Assembly: GCA_012295275.1 (NCBI GenBank)
Contig: CM022671.1
Coordinates: forward strand, 27,900,001-27,964,000
Direction of reading: 5' to 3'
Length of the DNA stretch: 64,000 nt
DNA from: Chrysomallon squamiferum
Taxonomy: Eukaryota; Animalia; Mollusca
How positions within the stretch are numbered: the first letter of the stretch is position 1; each line of letters begins with the position of its first letter. The notes below the pieces were generated by a model. It was given only the letters and a program-made list of their open reading frames with translations. It was not told where the DNA came from and did no database searches. A program made the translations under genes and the position numbers. Below, piece after piece: positions 1-12,500 of this stretch.

Positions 1-3000
1 TTTTACTCTTTTGTATATATATGCTCTTTCTCTATACTACAATTAAGAAACTAATGCTAGCTTTATGCTTACAAACAGAAATCACTAAGCACATATTAAA
101 TGGTGTTAGAACCTGGGATAATAATTCTGAGCACATGTGACTTACATTTATATTACATTTCACGATGCATTACAAATTAAAATGTTTTTCTTTTATTTAT
201 TTGTTTATTTATCATTATTATTATTTCTTCAAAAACCCATTTCATTCTAACAGCAATATTTTTAACTGGTTAAATGTTCAGAATATGTTTGTTATTAACT
301 GACATTGCTTTCAAAAAAAAAAAATTAATAATAATAATAATAATAATAATAATTATAATAATAATTGCATCTAATTAGGAAGGTGCTTCTGTTTACATGT
401 GACTTTTACAAGTCCATTTAATGGCTAAGTAACTGAAATCATACTTAACAACAACTCGATTAAATTCATTATTTAGAATTAATTTACAGTTATATATATT
501 TTTTTTTATATCATAAATATCCAGAACCTAATAAATATTGCAGTTAAAAATATAATTGGCATTTATGTTTATTTCTAGCAGTAACTGTGATGAAGTAGAA
601 TTAAAAATAATGAATCTTGAAAATGCAACAAATTTATCTAATATTTGAAAGGCCAATAGCTGCTTTATGCAAAAACTTCCCAACTACTGCTAACCATGTT
701 CTGAATTAAAAGATTAAATATTTGAAATCCTTCCTACAGAGGAAAAAATAACGACTACCTTGAAAATAATGACAAAACAATTTTTATATATTATATGTGT
801 ACAACATTCACTATGTGGAAGCATTTTCTTAATTTGTATTTCAGTCAGTCGTTAATAGTCGTTAATACGACATTATGTGCAGCCATCTAATATCAACTTT
901 TAAAACCTTTATTTGCATTGTTTAAACAGCCAAGTCATTTTTCCATTTGATGTTGCACAGCAGACCTAGAGGCATGTTTACAGTCCAAATAGTACTGATC
1001 AAGAAATTTGTAGAAATTTACAGTTAACAAAGAAAATAACAAATTATAAATCAATTAAAAAGCATCACTAATCTGCTAACATCCAAAATCCAGCATAATA
1101 TTATTTCAAAATTTCTGAGTTACTGCACAAACTTGTCATTAATCTTTACTATATAAATGCTGCTAGTGTCACTTGCAAAGATAGGCAAACCATTCCCTTC
1201 TTTCCATTTATTGTTATAATCTGCTACATCCAAACCATGGCTTCATTAAATAAAGCAATTGCTCCTGCTTCTGTAAAATGCAAAACCCATATACTGTCCA
1301 CAAAAGATAAGACTGAATTTGTTTTAAAAAAAAAAGCAGGCTGCAGATGTGAATTGTTGAATTAAATGTACTTGAACATGACCACTCTATTATTTGACAA
1401 AATCTTTTAATTCAAAATCGTGCATGTCCCGGTCCTGGGTTAGTGATGGTCAACTATGCTATGAATGTATTATTTACAAACTAACTTGAAGAAACAAATA
1501 AAACAAAAACCAATCAAATAATTTCAAATTAAAGCAGTTAAGTTGCTACTTCAAGGTTATAATTATGCTTAAAAACTGTTAGACCAGTGTGAACAACCTT
1601 TTAAATGTCTAAAGCAGTAAATAGCAACATTCATTCAGCATAACTGTCCTACTGTGAAATAAAATTGGCTGCATAGCACTTATAAACAATGACTACAATT
1701 AACTTGCAAATTAACAACACACTGGTCCAGTCTGAAGAATAAAATCACCCAGTAATGGCAATAATTAGGTAGCATAAAATACTTGTGAAAGCATAAGCCT
1801 CTTAAACAGTTTAGTATGACACAATATTATGCAAATATTTTGCATAACAGATGAAAGCACTTTCCACCTTTCAAAAACAACCACTGAAATAGAATTGTAT
1901 CCACAATGCATAGCCCAATTACAGCTTAGCTACCAGAAATGAAAAAGAAAAAAGTTTTAAATATTTAACTATGGTAAAGTTGAAATATGTTTTTGAACTC
2001 CATTCATTGTATAACAAACATTGTTACAAAAAACCCCACCAAATACTGTTATATTTTTATGACAATAGTTTAATCTAGTAAAATAAAGTTGTTTTATATG
2101 ACTACCATATAGGCCTCAAAAAGGAAAAAGGTATTTTTATTGGATTACTTTATTTTCCTGCATAACTGTTTAGTTTTAGATTAGTTTTATATATATATTT
2201 TTAAATTTAACATAAATTTGATTTCAATGTTCAATGGGGAAACCCCCAAAACTGGGTTTTTTTTTAAAGAAATGAAGCAAAATACTGTTAAACAGTAAGC
2301 AACAGAAACTCACCTTTCTTATTATTAGTCTAACAGCCTAAGTCAAAAATAACTACCAGGTGAAACACTTCAGATCATGGGGAGCATTCCAATGAATACA
2401 GATTACCTTGACAACCAGATACAGACAGATGTCTGTTGTAAGTTTACACCAGACTTTGACTATAGCAAACATATTGTGTATAACTGCATGAATTCTAACA
2501 ACCAAGATTTGCTTTATAGAATTATGTGATTTCTTTATATATATATATTTTTTTTCTTCTTCTTCTTCTCCTTTTCTTAGCCTATGAAAACAGAAAAGCA
2601 AAGAACTATTCTTATTTAACCCAAGCACCCAATGCATTTTTAAGCCTATTGTAGTCACATAACTTTGTAAGCATATATGTGTTACAAAGGTTATATTTAA
2701 CATTTGTCTTTCTGTCTTCAAGCCACACATATCTGCTTATTCAATCTATCTAAACACCACACACATATACAACATTTTAAAAGGCTGAAACTACTAAGTT
2801 AATGACATGAATGAGGTCAAAAAAAAAAAAATTTGAATTTAAAATCTGTTATTAAAAAGTTACACTAAAAATAAAAAAAATATGCAAATGATAGAGAACA
2901 ACATTTTCATATATTAATACTAATTAGAATAGTATTAAGAGTTAGTTTTTTCATTTTTTTTCATTTTTTTTTTTATAAATAAAGAAACATACATATATCT

Positions 3001-6000
3001 TTATGTCTCAGATTTTAAAATCTTTTTGTGTTAAATGATACCAGCTTTGTCAAAACAGGTTTTTCTTGGACTCAAACACCATTAGTGTACTGAACCTATT
3101 TAGGTTCCATTTTGTATTATTCAAAACATTCACTTCTGTACATTCATGTATGAATATTTATTTTCAGTTCAACTCTGAATAAATAGTTTATTTTAATGAC
3201 AGATTCATTCCTATCAGAGCTGAATAGTTCATGAAGTAACAAAAAAGAACACAGTGCAGTCATGTATAATAACAATATAAATATTTAATAGCACACTACC
3301 TGTGACAGAAAGCTAATTGTACTGCCTTACGTCAAATAGAAACAGTCAATATACCCAAATTTTGTTTTGTAAATATTTGTCATTACTTGCTCTTTCCACA
3401 CATGCTACTGGTTACACATGTGAAATTTATATGGTTTATATATGACAACTAACAACTAATTTAAATTTGTTTATAATAAATTTTCTAATGCAGAGGTAGG
3501 AAAATGTCCCTTCCAAATTAATTGCAAGCAATCAAATATATTCCAGAGAAGTAACATATATATACTGTTAGTGAACATTTTGTTCAAGCTCATTCAGCAA
3601 GTCTCAAAATATTCAATATATATATTTTTTAATATTAAAATATGACATATCTAATCAACAATTGTAAAACAATGTACTATTTACTTAAATCTTTGATTTA
3701 AAGTTGCAAAGCAGCAATTTTTCCAAAACAAATTTGACCTTACTAATTCCAAAATCACCATTTTCTTTAATCACTAATCTCAGGAACCTGCAATAATTAC
3801 AACTGGAACATTCTGGGTTTTTTCATTTGTTGTTTGGTATTTATTAATTTTATTTGTTGTTATTATTATTATTATTATTTATTTTTAAATAAACTTTACC
3901 CCACTGATCATGTAATTAGCACAAGAATATCTCAAATAGTTATTATTATCCAAAATAATCTTAAGTTTGAATTGAACAAAAATAATAAAATGCAAATCTT
4001 CATAAATATTCAACTTCAAGTAAAAATAAGTGTGAAACAAAGAACTATTTTTAAAATGCAATGAACTGATTAAAATTTACCTCCCATTACCCTGTTACGT
4101 GTTCTGAACAGTGGAAAAAATACTTTATACAAATTAAATTATCTTGCAACAATTTAATGTATGCATAGTAAATAATACATCATTCATGTAGAATATAAAA
4201 ATTATTGTATGCTTGGATATTACCTTAAGTAACTTGATGTTCAAATAAAGCAATTTCATAAACTATTATCAGAGATGTAATCCAGTTATAAGAAGTCATC
4301 ACGACAAAATTTAAAATGGCAACTACTACTTCATTATGTTATATTTGAAAATCTAAATGAAGATATAACACTAAAGAAGGATGATAGATACCTTTGATAC
4401 ATACAGATAGTTCACCTTTTTGAAATAAATAATATACTGCTTAGCAGAAGTGTCATAAAATCAGCCAAGAAACTGGTTGTGAAATCTTCCGTTTTAAAAA
4501 TAAAGAACAGAATGAAAACAATTTAGATTTTTGTACTATACAGACTGTAATACAACAAACTGATCATGATAGGTATATATACTTAATTTTTTCCCTAAGA
4601 AAATTAACCTTGCGACAACGAAAATAATTCAGGTTTATTTTCTAAGTACAACAAAGGAATAAGGTCAATAGAAACACTGTTTACATGTTGACTACAGTGA
4701 TTTACCCATGTATAACTTGTGTATTCGGACTCAACATATAAATATAACAAAGTCACATTATTTATACTATCTGATTTACAAGCACACCCTAGCCAATTAT
4801 TTTTTTGTTGTTGTTGTTTTTTTAAATGTTTAAATATACATATATTTTAGTTGCATTAATGTAATTATTATAAGTTTTATAATAAAAATATACAGATGAG
4901 AAAATCCACTAAAGTGGCCATACTAAATGCATATTTCTTTATTCTTGTCAGCTTTGCAACAGGACATTTAACAGACTAAGTTATGTTATATACTAATGTT
5001 CTACTAAGAGACACTGGAGGTGTGTCTACCAGTAGATACTAACCTCTCCTGAATTATTTATCAGTATACATTTATTGTATAAACAAATGTAAGCATTCAT
5101 GTTCAATTTATTGTGTAAACGAACGTAAACATTTACATTCAATTTATAGTTGAACATCTACATTTTCTTTAACCTTTAGTTTCCTGGATTAAACATGAAT
5201 TTATTGAATTTATAAAGGTTAAAAAGTTATAAATTCCATAAAATGGTCAAAAAAGACTTTCAGCTTGAAATTGCCAGGTACTGTAACTTAATATCCATCA
5301 ATACCCTTTTCATTTGCTTTGATATTTTTGTGAACATTTACAAAAGAAAAAATCATTTTTGTGAACATTTACAAAAGGGAATGTTGAAATGCAATGTATA
5401 CAGCAATGGCTCCCAAAGTGAAAGATAATGCCTTCATGGGGGCTATGGAAATTTTGGAAGGAATAATAATAATAATAATAAAATTGTGCTATTTATGCCA
5501 TTTCATTTAATATACATTGTAAATGAAAATTGATATGTATTCCATAGGCTGGAAAGTAATGGGGGGGGTGGTTGAGCTGCTGATAGGGGGTCATGGAAGC
5601 AGTGATCCCAAGACTATGGGAGCAATTTGTACACAGTTACATGTAGCAGTCAGAAGATCAATAAAAACTTGTTAAATCATTTTAAAAAAAATTATTTCAA
5701 CAACTCTGGAGTAAGGGAATAAAGCCTAAGATGGAATGAAAATATCTTTTTAATGGGTACTAGTAAATGGATGAGTGAAATACTATAAAGAACATGGCAT
5801 CCACATATAATTACTGACACAGAAGAAACATTAACACTTTTGTTCAGAGGTGTACGATAAAGCAAATTATAACATATTAATCAGGTTTTTGAAAATATTT
5901 ACAATTAAACTAAATAATGCAAAAAGATTTCTAACCAAATTAGCTTTTTTATAAAGTTAAATAATTTATAAAATGTATTTTGTTTGTGTTATCACAATGA

Positions 6001-7194
6001 CTAGGTAAGTGATTTTTCATTCTTTAACATATTTTTTTAAAACAAACTCATTTCTGATATGAACTTATTACTTAATTGGTACATTCTAGGGGAACATTTC
6101 ATTAAGAACACAAGATAAACTATTTATTAAAAAACAAAACATTTCTCAATTATCCAATTTATGGATACAAACAGGAAGGTAGACAACCAAAGCAGCCATA
6201 ATACATCAATTTTGAGATGTAAACAATACTACAAAATTAGTTTATTAATAACTATATTGTGCCAAAAATTAACAACACTGTTCTGCATGCCACTTTATGG
6301 CATGCTTATTATTGATTATTTATAACAGGTACCAAATATCAAAATAAAGTATGCAACAGTATATGAAAATGACCTCCAAACCAAAAGGTTCCTCACAGTA
6401 ACAGTAAAATAAACATTGTTTTTTTTTTAAAATGAAAAAAAAAAATGGCATTTTGCCAAATCTAGGCTATGTATCAAGATCAGATTCATAAAAATGTTTG
6501 TTTATGAAAATATGATAATACATAGTCAGCAGTTATCAAAGAATATACAGAGAGAGGAACATAAAAATTCAAATGAAGAAACTGGTGGGCAAAAAGACTA
6601 TTGTTTTCATCAGCTGTGGTTCTATATACCCTGTATGTTATTTTTTTTTTCTTACATCAAATTTACCACATATTTCTTTAAATTACATATCAGAACTGTC
6701 AAGTTAACCAATACAAACAAAATGATATACAACAATAAAAAAAATAAAAAGAGATTAAATAATTGTCCCTAGTAAATCTGTGGAACAAAATGAAACCATT
6801 TCACACTTCTAATTAGCAAGGACTTTTACAGAATATGCTAAAAATGACAAATCAAGTAACATACATATAGATCCTTCACATATTAATCTACAACCTAGTT
6901 TCTGACATTTTCAATAATATATAAAATAATTATTCTAATAAATGGAAAATACGTATATTACATTCAGTGCAAAAAATTAATAATCTTACTGGAATGTTAC
7001 TGTAATATTGGTGGGATTACCCAATTTTTTTATTTTAGCAGATAAATGATAAGATAAATTCAGTATAGGAAATAATCTGTATACTGGTTAGTACATTCAT
7101 TCATACATGTTTCTCAGTTTTAAAACCGTCACCATAATCATAATAATGCTATTACGGTATGGGTTCTTACTACAGAAAACTGAAAGTATAAAAC

Positions 7195-7230
<36 letters not shown>

Positions 7231-7241
7231 ATTGTACTTAC
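1..7241 (-). other. SERCA: SERCA intron 3 (partial, >7.2 kb; exon 4 lies beyond the window)
   Basis: Starts at the GTAAGT donor at 7241. Reading by eye I found no match to exon 4 (VLAWFEE...[21 protein letters not shown]). Strongly CpG-poor, as expected for a methylated gene body. Confidence 0.8.
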
Positions 7242-7324
7242 AAAAGAAATTACAGCTGCTAGCAATAGAATTTTCACTAAAAGATCATCGAACTGTTCAA
7301 GTATAAGTTCCCACAGTGGTTTTC
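7242..7324 (-). CDS. SERCA: SERCA exon 3, 83 nt ([28 protein letters not shown]; helix M1)
   Basis: cttttaacag|GA AAA CCA CTG TGG GAA CTT ATA CTT GAA CAG TTC GAT GAT CTT TTA GTG AAA ATT CTA TTG CTA GCA GCT GTA ATT TCT TTT|gtaagt. Contains the hallmark [19 protein letters not shown] motif. Confidence 0.98.
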
Positions 7325-7469
7325 CTGTTAAAAGTATAAGACAAAAAATCAGTTGTATGATAAATCATTAATGGGACAATTGTACTAAGGGCACGTGTCA
7401 CGTGTTTTGTTTGAAGACGTAAGCGACCTCGAGATTTCGGAAATGTTTATTATAAAAACCGGTACTTAC

Positions 7470-7487
7470 CTTCTTCAGCTGGCAGTT
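7470..7487 (-). CDS. SERCA: SERCA exon 2, 18-nt micro-exon (E-L-P-A-E-E-G)
   Basis: tttcttttcag|AA CTG CCA GCT GAA GAA G|gtaagt. The phase 1/1 junctions keep frame with exons 1 and 3 and restore the conserved NELPAEEGK motif. Confidence 0.98.
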
Positions 7488-7740
7488 CTGAAAAGAAAAA
7501 TAAGAAATACAAATTATTAAATGCCTAAATTAACCAATAAAAATACAACTTTAAAACACAGAAAAAAATAAAATGTAATTGAACAGCAATATTTCATTAT
7601 TTCAATTTTTGTATTTGGTTATCTTTTTAAAAGTGCGTAGCTTGGCTGACGCCATTAAAATATTAATCTCGTGGCAATATTGAAGTTTAAAATCCACATT
7701 TTCGACGATAAATTATATTAATATTGTTTCAAGTACATAC

Positions 7741-7858
7741 CGTTTGGTCCATACTTATCTATTGCCTTCTTAATTTGATCATCTGTAAGTCCAACATTTT
7801 CATCCACGCTAAAATGTGCGAGGATTTCTTCCACGGGTTTTGTGTGTGCTTGATCCAT
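7741..7858 (-). CDS. SERCA: SERCA (sarco/endoplasmic reticulum Ca2+-ATPase, P2A) coding exon 1, 118 nt
   Basis: The reverse complement reads ATG GAT CAA GCA CAC ACA AAA ... TAT GGA CCA AAC G|gtatgt = MDQAHTKPVEEILAHFSVDENVGLTDDQIKKAIDKYGPN. This matches the SERCA N-terminus (human [39 protein letters not shown]). The GT donor is canonical and the coding length equals that of vertebrate ATP2A exon 1. Confidence 0.98.
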
Positions 7859-8089
7859 TGAAAAGTAAAATTCCTTTCTCTATCACCTCCGAATCATATA
7901 TTGCTTTTTAATATATCCACTGCAGTCACTAATCCCTGTGTTAGAAGAATGTCGATTAAATCGAAAATTCAAGCCAGAAATACTTTATTTCTAGCTTGAA
8001 TCCCCTACTCCCGTGAAAAGTACTGCCGTGTCTTTCGCTTTACGAAAGCGTACAGAAAATAAGCTCCACTCACGAAAGGGGGGTTAGCT

Positions 8090-8425
8090 TCTCCAATTCT
8101 CACTGAAAACAATTCAACCTTAGAGGCAAATATCTCTAGATTTTAAGACAACATAGTTTGCATACAACTATTTCTACGTGAGCAACACCTGAATTTGATG
8201 TTTATTTTGTATGTATTTTAATTTTCTAATGCTTAACATACACGTGACAATCTATGACTTCCACATAATGGACCATCCCAGGATCTGTCGACGTCACTCG
8301 TGAATCCAATGTGTAGTAATTTGATTGGCCCTTCACTAAACAGAGGTTAGACCAGAGACTGCCGAGCAATTGTATGCTGTGACGTCAATGGGGGTATACG
8401 CTACAACTTACGAGCTATTTTTACT
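8090..8425 (-). promoter_or_regulatory. SERCA proximal promoter
   Basis: Locally CpG/GC-richer segment 230-570 nt upstream of the ATG. It holds TCAGT (Inr-like, 8106-8102), E-box CACGTG 8241-8246, CRE-like TGACGTCG 8296-8289, CCAAT boxes 8306-8310 (+) and 8328-8324 (-), and a perfect CRE TGACGTCA 8380-8387. Confidence 0.7.
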
Positions 8426-9538
8426 CCTTAGCTTGTATGAACAAAAGAGGAACCCATTCTTAGGTACTCCACGCTGAGAAGCTGTTATATGAAAAGCGAG
8501 AAAGGAATTCTCTTAGCGTTGGCATTCAGTGATCTCTATTACTCGAATGATTCTGTATCTACGTAGTACTAGTAGTATGCTCCGAAACGCTAGAGTTTTA
8601 AAGTTTCCCAGTAATAATTTCTTAGTGTTTCATTAATCGGACATGTTTAACAGTATATGTAATTTATAAATTATTGTGTAAACCTGTTTAAGTTTACATG
8701 TAATACTGAAGATTTAAGCGATATTTTAGTCCCCTCATTTACTGCATAACATAAATGATCGTCCAGCCGTAACAGCGTCTGATAACAAGTTTATATAAAA
8801 GTTTTTAACCTACAGTGATGTCATTACGAGACCAGACGATGCGCGAGTGTCACTTAATCCGTGATAAGAATAGAACTACATGATCTGCTCTGCCAGGAGA
8901 TATTTATAGAAAGTTTTGGTTCACATAGTTAGAATGATTTTGGACCATTATCAGTATACCTCTACCTTTTAACACAAATACAACTGTAAATAAATAAAAC
9001 TAAAAACAAACAAACGACAATCACACTTAAATTATTTTCGGTGAAACTGTAACTGAATTTAATATTAATGGCGACTTTTAATACACATTTTAGACATAAC
9101 CGATTAAACCACAGCTAATGAGGTTTAAGCTTTCATTATTATTTATTTTTGAAACTTGTAATAATAATAATTATTATTATTTATTTATTTATTATTATTA
9201 TTATTCATTTATTTATTCATTTATTTATTACTTTGCTTTGTAGATTTTAGAAACTTTAATTTTCTTCAGCCATCTCAAAAATTAATGTACTTAGAGCGTA
9301 GTTAATCTTGCTTCTTCTTCTTCTTCTTCTTTTTTTTTTTTTTTTTTTTTTCTTTTTTTTTAACCAAATTTCCATGGCTAATTTTATTAACGCACCATTC
9401 ATATTTAGTGTTTTATTTTATTTTATTTTATTTTATTTTATTTTATTTTATTTTATTTTATTTTATTTTTACTGGAAAAAAATAAAAAGAGAAAGTTTGT
9501 GTCGGTTTGTTACAGAACTTCTTATGGATAACCTTTTT

Positions 9539-9575
<37 letters not shown>

Positions 9576-12087
9576 CGTATAATATATTCCCAGCAAACAC
9601 TGACGGTCCGACAATAATTGCTAGTTGGGTTATTCAGAGTTTCGTTAATTATCTTAAAAAAAAAGCATTAAAAAAAGCATTAAAAAAAAAGATGAAAAAG
9701 ACAAACAAACGCTAACGAACTCTGAAGCTTATTGTGAGTCTAGGTACGGGCCTAAATGTTCAGAGGCTGTTCCTTTCCATTGTCCTTAGGCCTTCTAATC
9801 CTAACCTGTTTTTATGTCTTTTTGTTATTAGAAGTTACGGTTCATGTTATTCACATTAGTTTTGTTGATCTGGTATGACGTCAACAAAATCTTTTGATAT
9901 AAATTTTTCGACCAGAGAATGCACGCAGATGAGTTTGTTTTCTACAAGGTGAAATCTTTGTTACTTAAATCAGTTGTTAATATTTAACGAAAAGGTCAGA
10001 GAAAGAGAAAATAAAACGAGAACAAAACAACAGTCGACTGCGTACGAAATTAATTCTGAATTTTAACAGCAACCAGTCTATTTTTGTAAACTAGTTGATA
10101 GCAAGGATTTATTATTATTATTAGACCTATTATTTTCTTTATATATTCATTTGCGAATGATAGGTATACTTTTATTCTGTTTTAATTCATGTTTTGATTT
10201 ACCTACATTTGTCTGAAACCCAAAAGTTAATATATTTTGTAAGCAAGATTCCTATTCTGGTGTCCATTCTTATTACCAGAAAGCTGTATTGATAAACGTC
10301 TATGATTTTAACAGTAAGCTTAACAGTGCATTTCTCACTGTTGTTATAACTTTACAAAACTAAGAAAACTAACTGGATAATTAAACCAATTTACTTGTAA
10401 TATGCATTGGCTAACAGTAAGTAAAACTATTTTTGGCAACAGAACAAACTAATTAGAGCTAATTTTTATAAATGACTTGCATGTCATTAAAACGTTCGCT
10501 ACTCCCACGTGTACAGACATTCACAGTATAATAATGACCCAAGCACAAATTTAATTTACACAGTTGCTTTTGTTGCAGAATCTTCTACTAATCTAACGAC
10601 AACAGCTAATGCTACTACTATTTATAAATATATAAATAAATAGCATTTCCTGCCACAAAATTGTTGCATACTCTTGAGTCTGTTGACTGTGCTCACAAAT
10701 GAGTTTAGTAACCATGACTGATGCAAGCTCAATGCAATTTAATCCTTACTGTACCGTCTCAAGAGGACTGCCACTCTTCAAGGACAGGCTTGACAAAATG
10801 AAGCTTGTTGATGACCGCACCGTTTCTGTTATGTTAGCTCCAAAATGCATTTTGGTTAAGGTTGATATATTTTGCATCACTGAGATCGAAATAGTTAAAA
10901 GACCACGATTTATCGCGTAGACACTCTGAAAATGTTTAGAACTGAACCAAAAGGATAATGTATTTGAAGTTTTCTTACAGTCAAAACCACCGGTCTTAGA
11001 AGATAACTGAAATCGTAAATTTAAGTTGATTCATATTTGAAAACCAAAGAGAATGATTATAATTATATGAGGTCATTTCTACTTCTAATCCTATAAATGT
11101 ATATCAAAATGAAGAACGATGTGAAAAATATCTGGATAGATTTATCGGATTATCCTGCTGCTTATGTTAAGACGGAGTCGAATTCCGAATTGTACATTAC
11201 GGCTGACCTTGGCTTCTATGTATTTTTATGTATTTATTTATTTTAAGGTTAAAGAATGAAAATGATATACTGTTGCTAAGTCTGATCTGGGTGGGAAAAT
11301 ACAAATTTCAGGTGAAAATATTGATTATGTTTACAATGTTGCCAAACCAAATGGCAGGTCAGGCGTATTTTGTATCAAACTCGTTACACCTGTCGCTTTA
11401 ATCTTAAAGTGTGTGTATGTATCGATTAGCGTACATTTGTCCTTTTATCTAAATATCATGCTAAGTACGTGGGATTAAACACACCACAGATGATTCAGCC
11501 AGCTTGACTGAACCACAGGAAATAATTGCCGAATCTAGACTTTTGTATGTCACCATGAATATCATGTACTATTTGTATACTGTATTCCAAGGTTGGAAGG
11601 AGATGTCAATCGAAACTTGTTTGTTCGTTCTCTCCGACGGATGACATTTGAGAATTTCACACACATTCGATTTATTAAACATTCTGTTTCAGTAACGTAA
11701 GAGGATTACCACTGGATAGAAGAATGGCGGCCTGATTAATAGTTTGTAATACGGCAGTCTAGTGGTCTCAGGAGCTGTGTAATCAGTACCAACAAAAATT
11801 AATGATAAATCATGTTCTGTTCTCATGGCATATTTGTTAGTAACTGTCAGAATTAGGATGTTCAGTTCGTTCTTTTACTAAGACTCTAGATCAAAATGTC
11901 ACATGGATCACTTTTTATATACAATTTCGATCTTCAAAAAATTAACCTACAAAATGCTGTAAATTATTCATTAATGTCTGTAAAGCAAGACGGAGTTGCA
12001 GTGTTTTTTTTTTTCTTACAAATAAATGTGTTGTTATCTTAAGAGATCTACAGCTTAAATGTCGATTATTATTATTATTATTATTAA

Positions 12088-12135
<48 letters not shown>

Positions 12136-12372
12136 TTGTTTTTCGGCCTTGCCTGTTTATATAGCATATATATAAATGCTACTCAGTTACATTATATAAA
12201 ACTGAATTATAAATCAGTTATATTCAGACTGACAGCCATTTTGAAATAAATATCATTAAAGTTATTTTGTGTATTAATAATTTAAGTGGAAACCTGCTTT
12301 CAAAGACATTGTGATCTTAGAAACTGACACAAATGCCGGATTTTAACAGGTATTATTATTATTATTATTATT
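12136..12372 (+). repeat. ~215-bp direct repeat, copy 1, with (TAT)n tail
   Basis: Aligns by eye with 14152-14446 from ttgtttttcggccttgcctgtt to aaatgccggattttaacaggtattattatt; lacks an internal ~24-nt segment present in copy 2. Confidence 0.9.
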
Positions 12373-12465
12373 TAAACAACAGCAAAAAAAAATCTTTGTT
12401 ATAATATTTATAAAGATTAGCACACCAATAACAGTTTTCATATTGATAAACTGAATAATATAGTG

Positions 12466-12500
<35 letters not shown>

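Noticed and set aside
2353-2730. 125-aa minus-strand ORF inside SERCA intron 3, with an internal AAG|GTAATC donor in phase 0
   Set aside because: No similarity to SERCA exon 4 or any family I know. It contains low-complexity runs (EEEEEKKYIYIKK) and has no promoter-like CpG signal.
10699-10920. 73-aa plus-strand ORF with ordinary composition
   Set aside because: No recognisable domain and no supporting exon structure; the length is compatible with chance.
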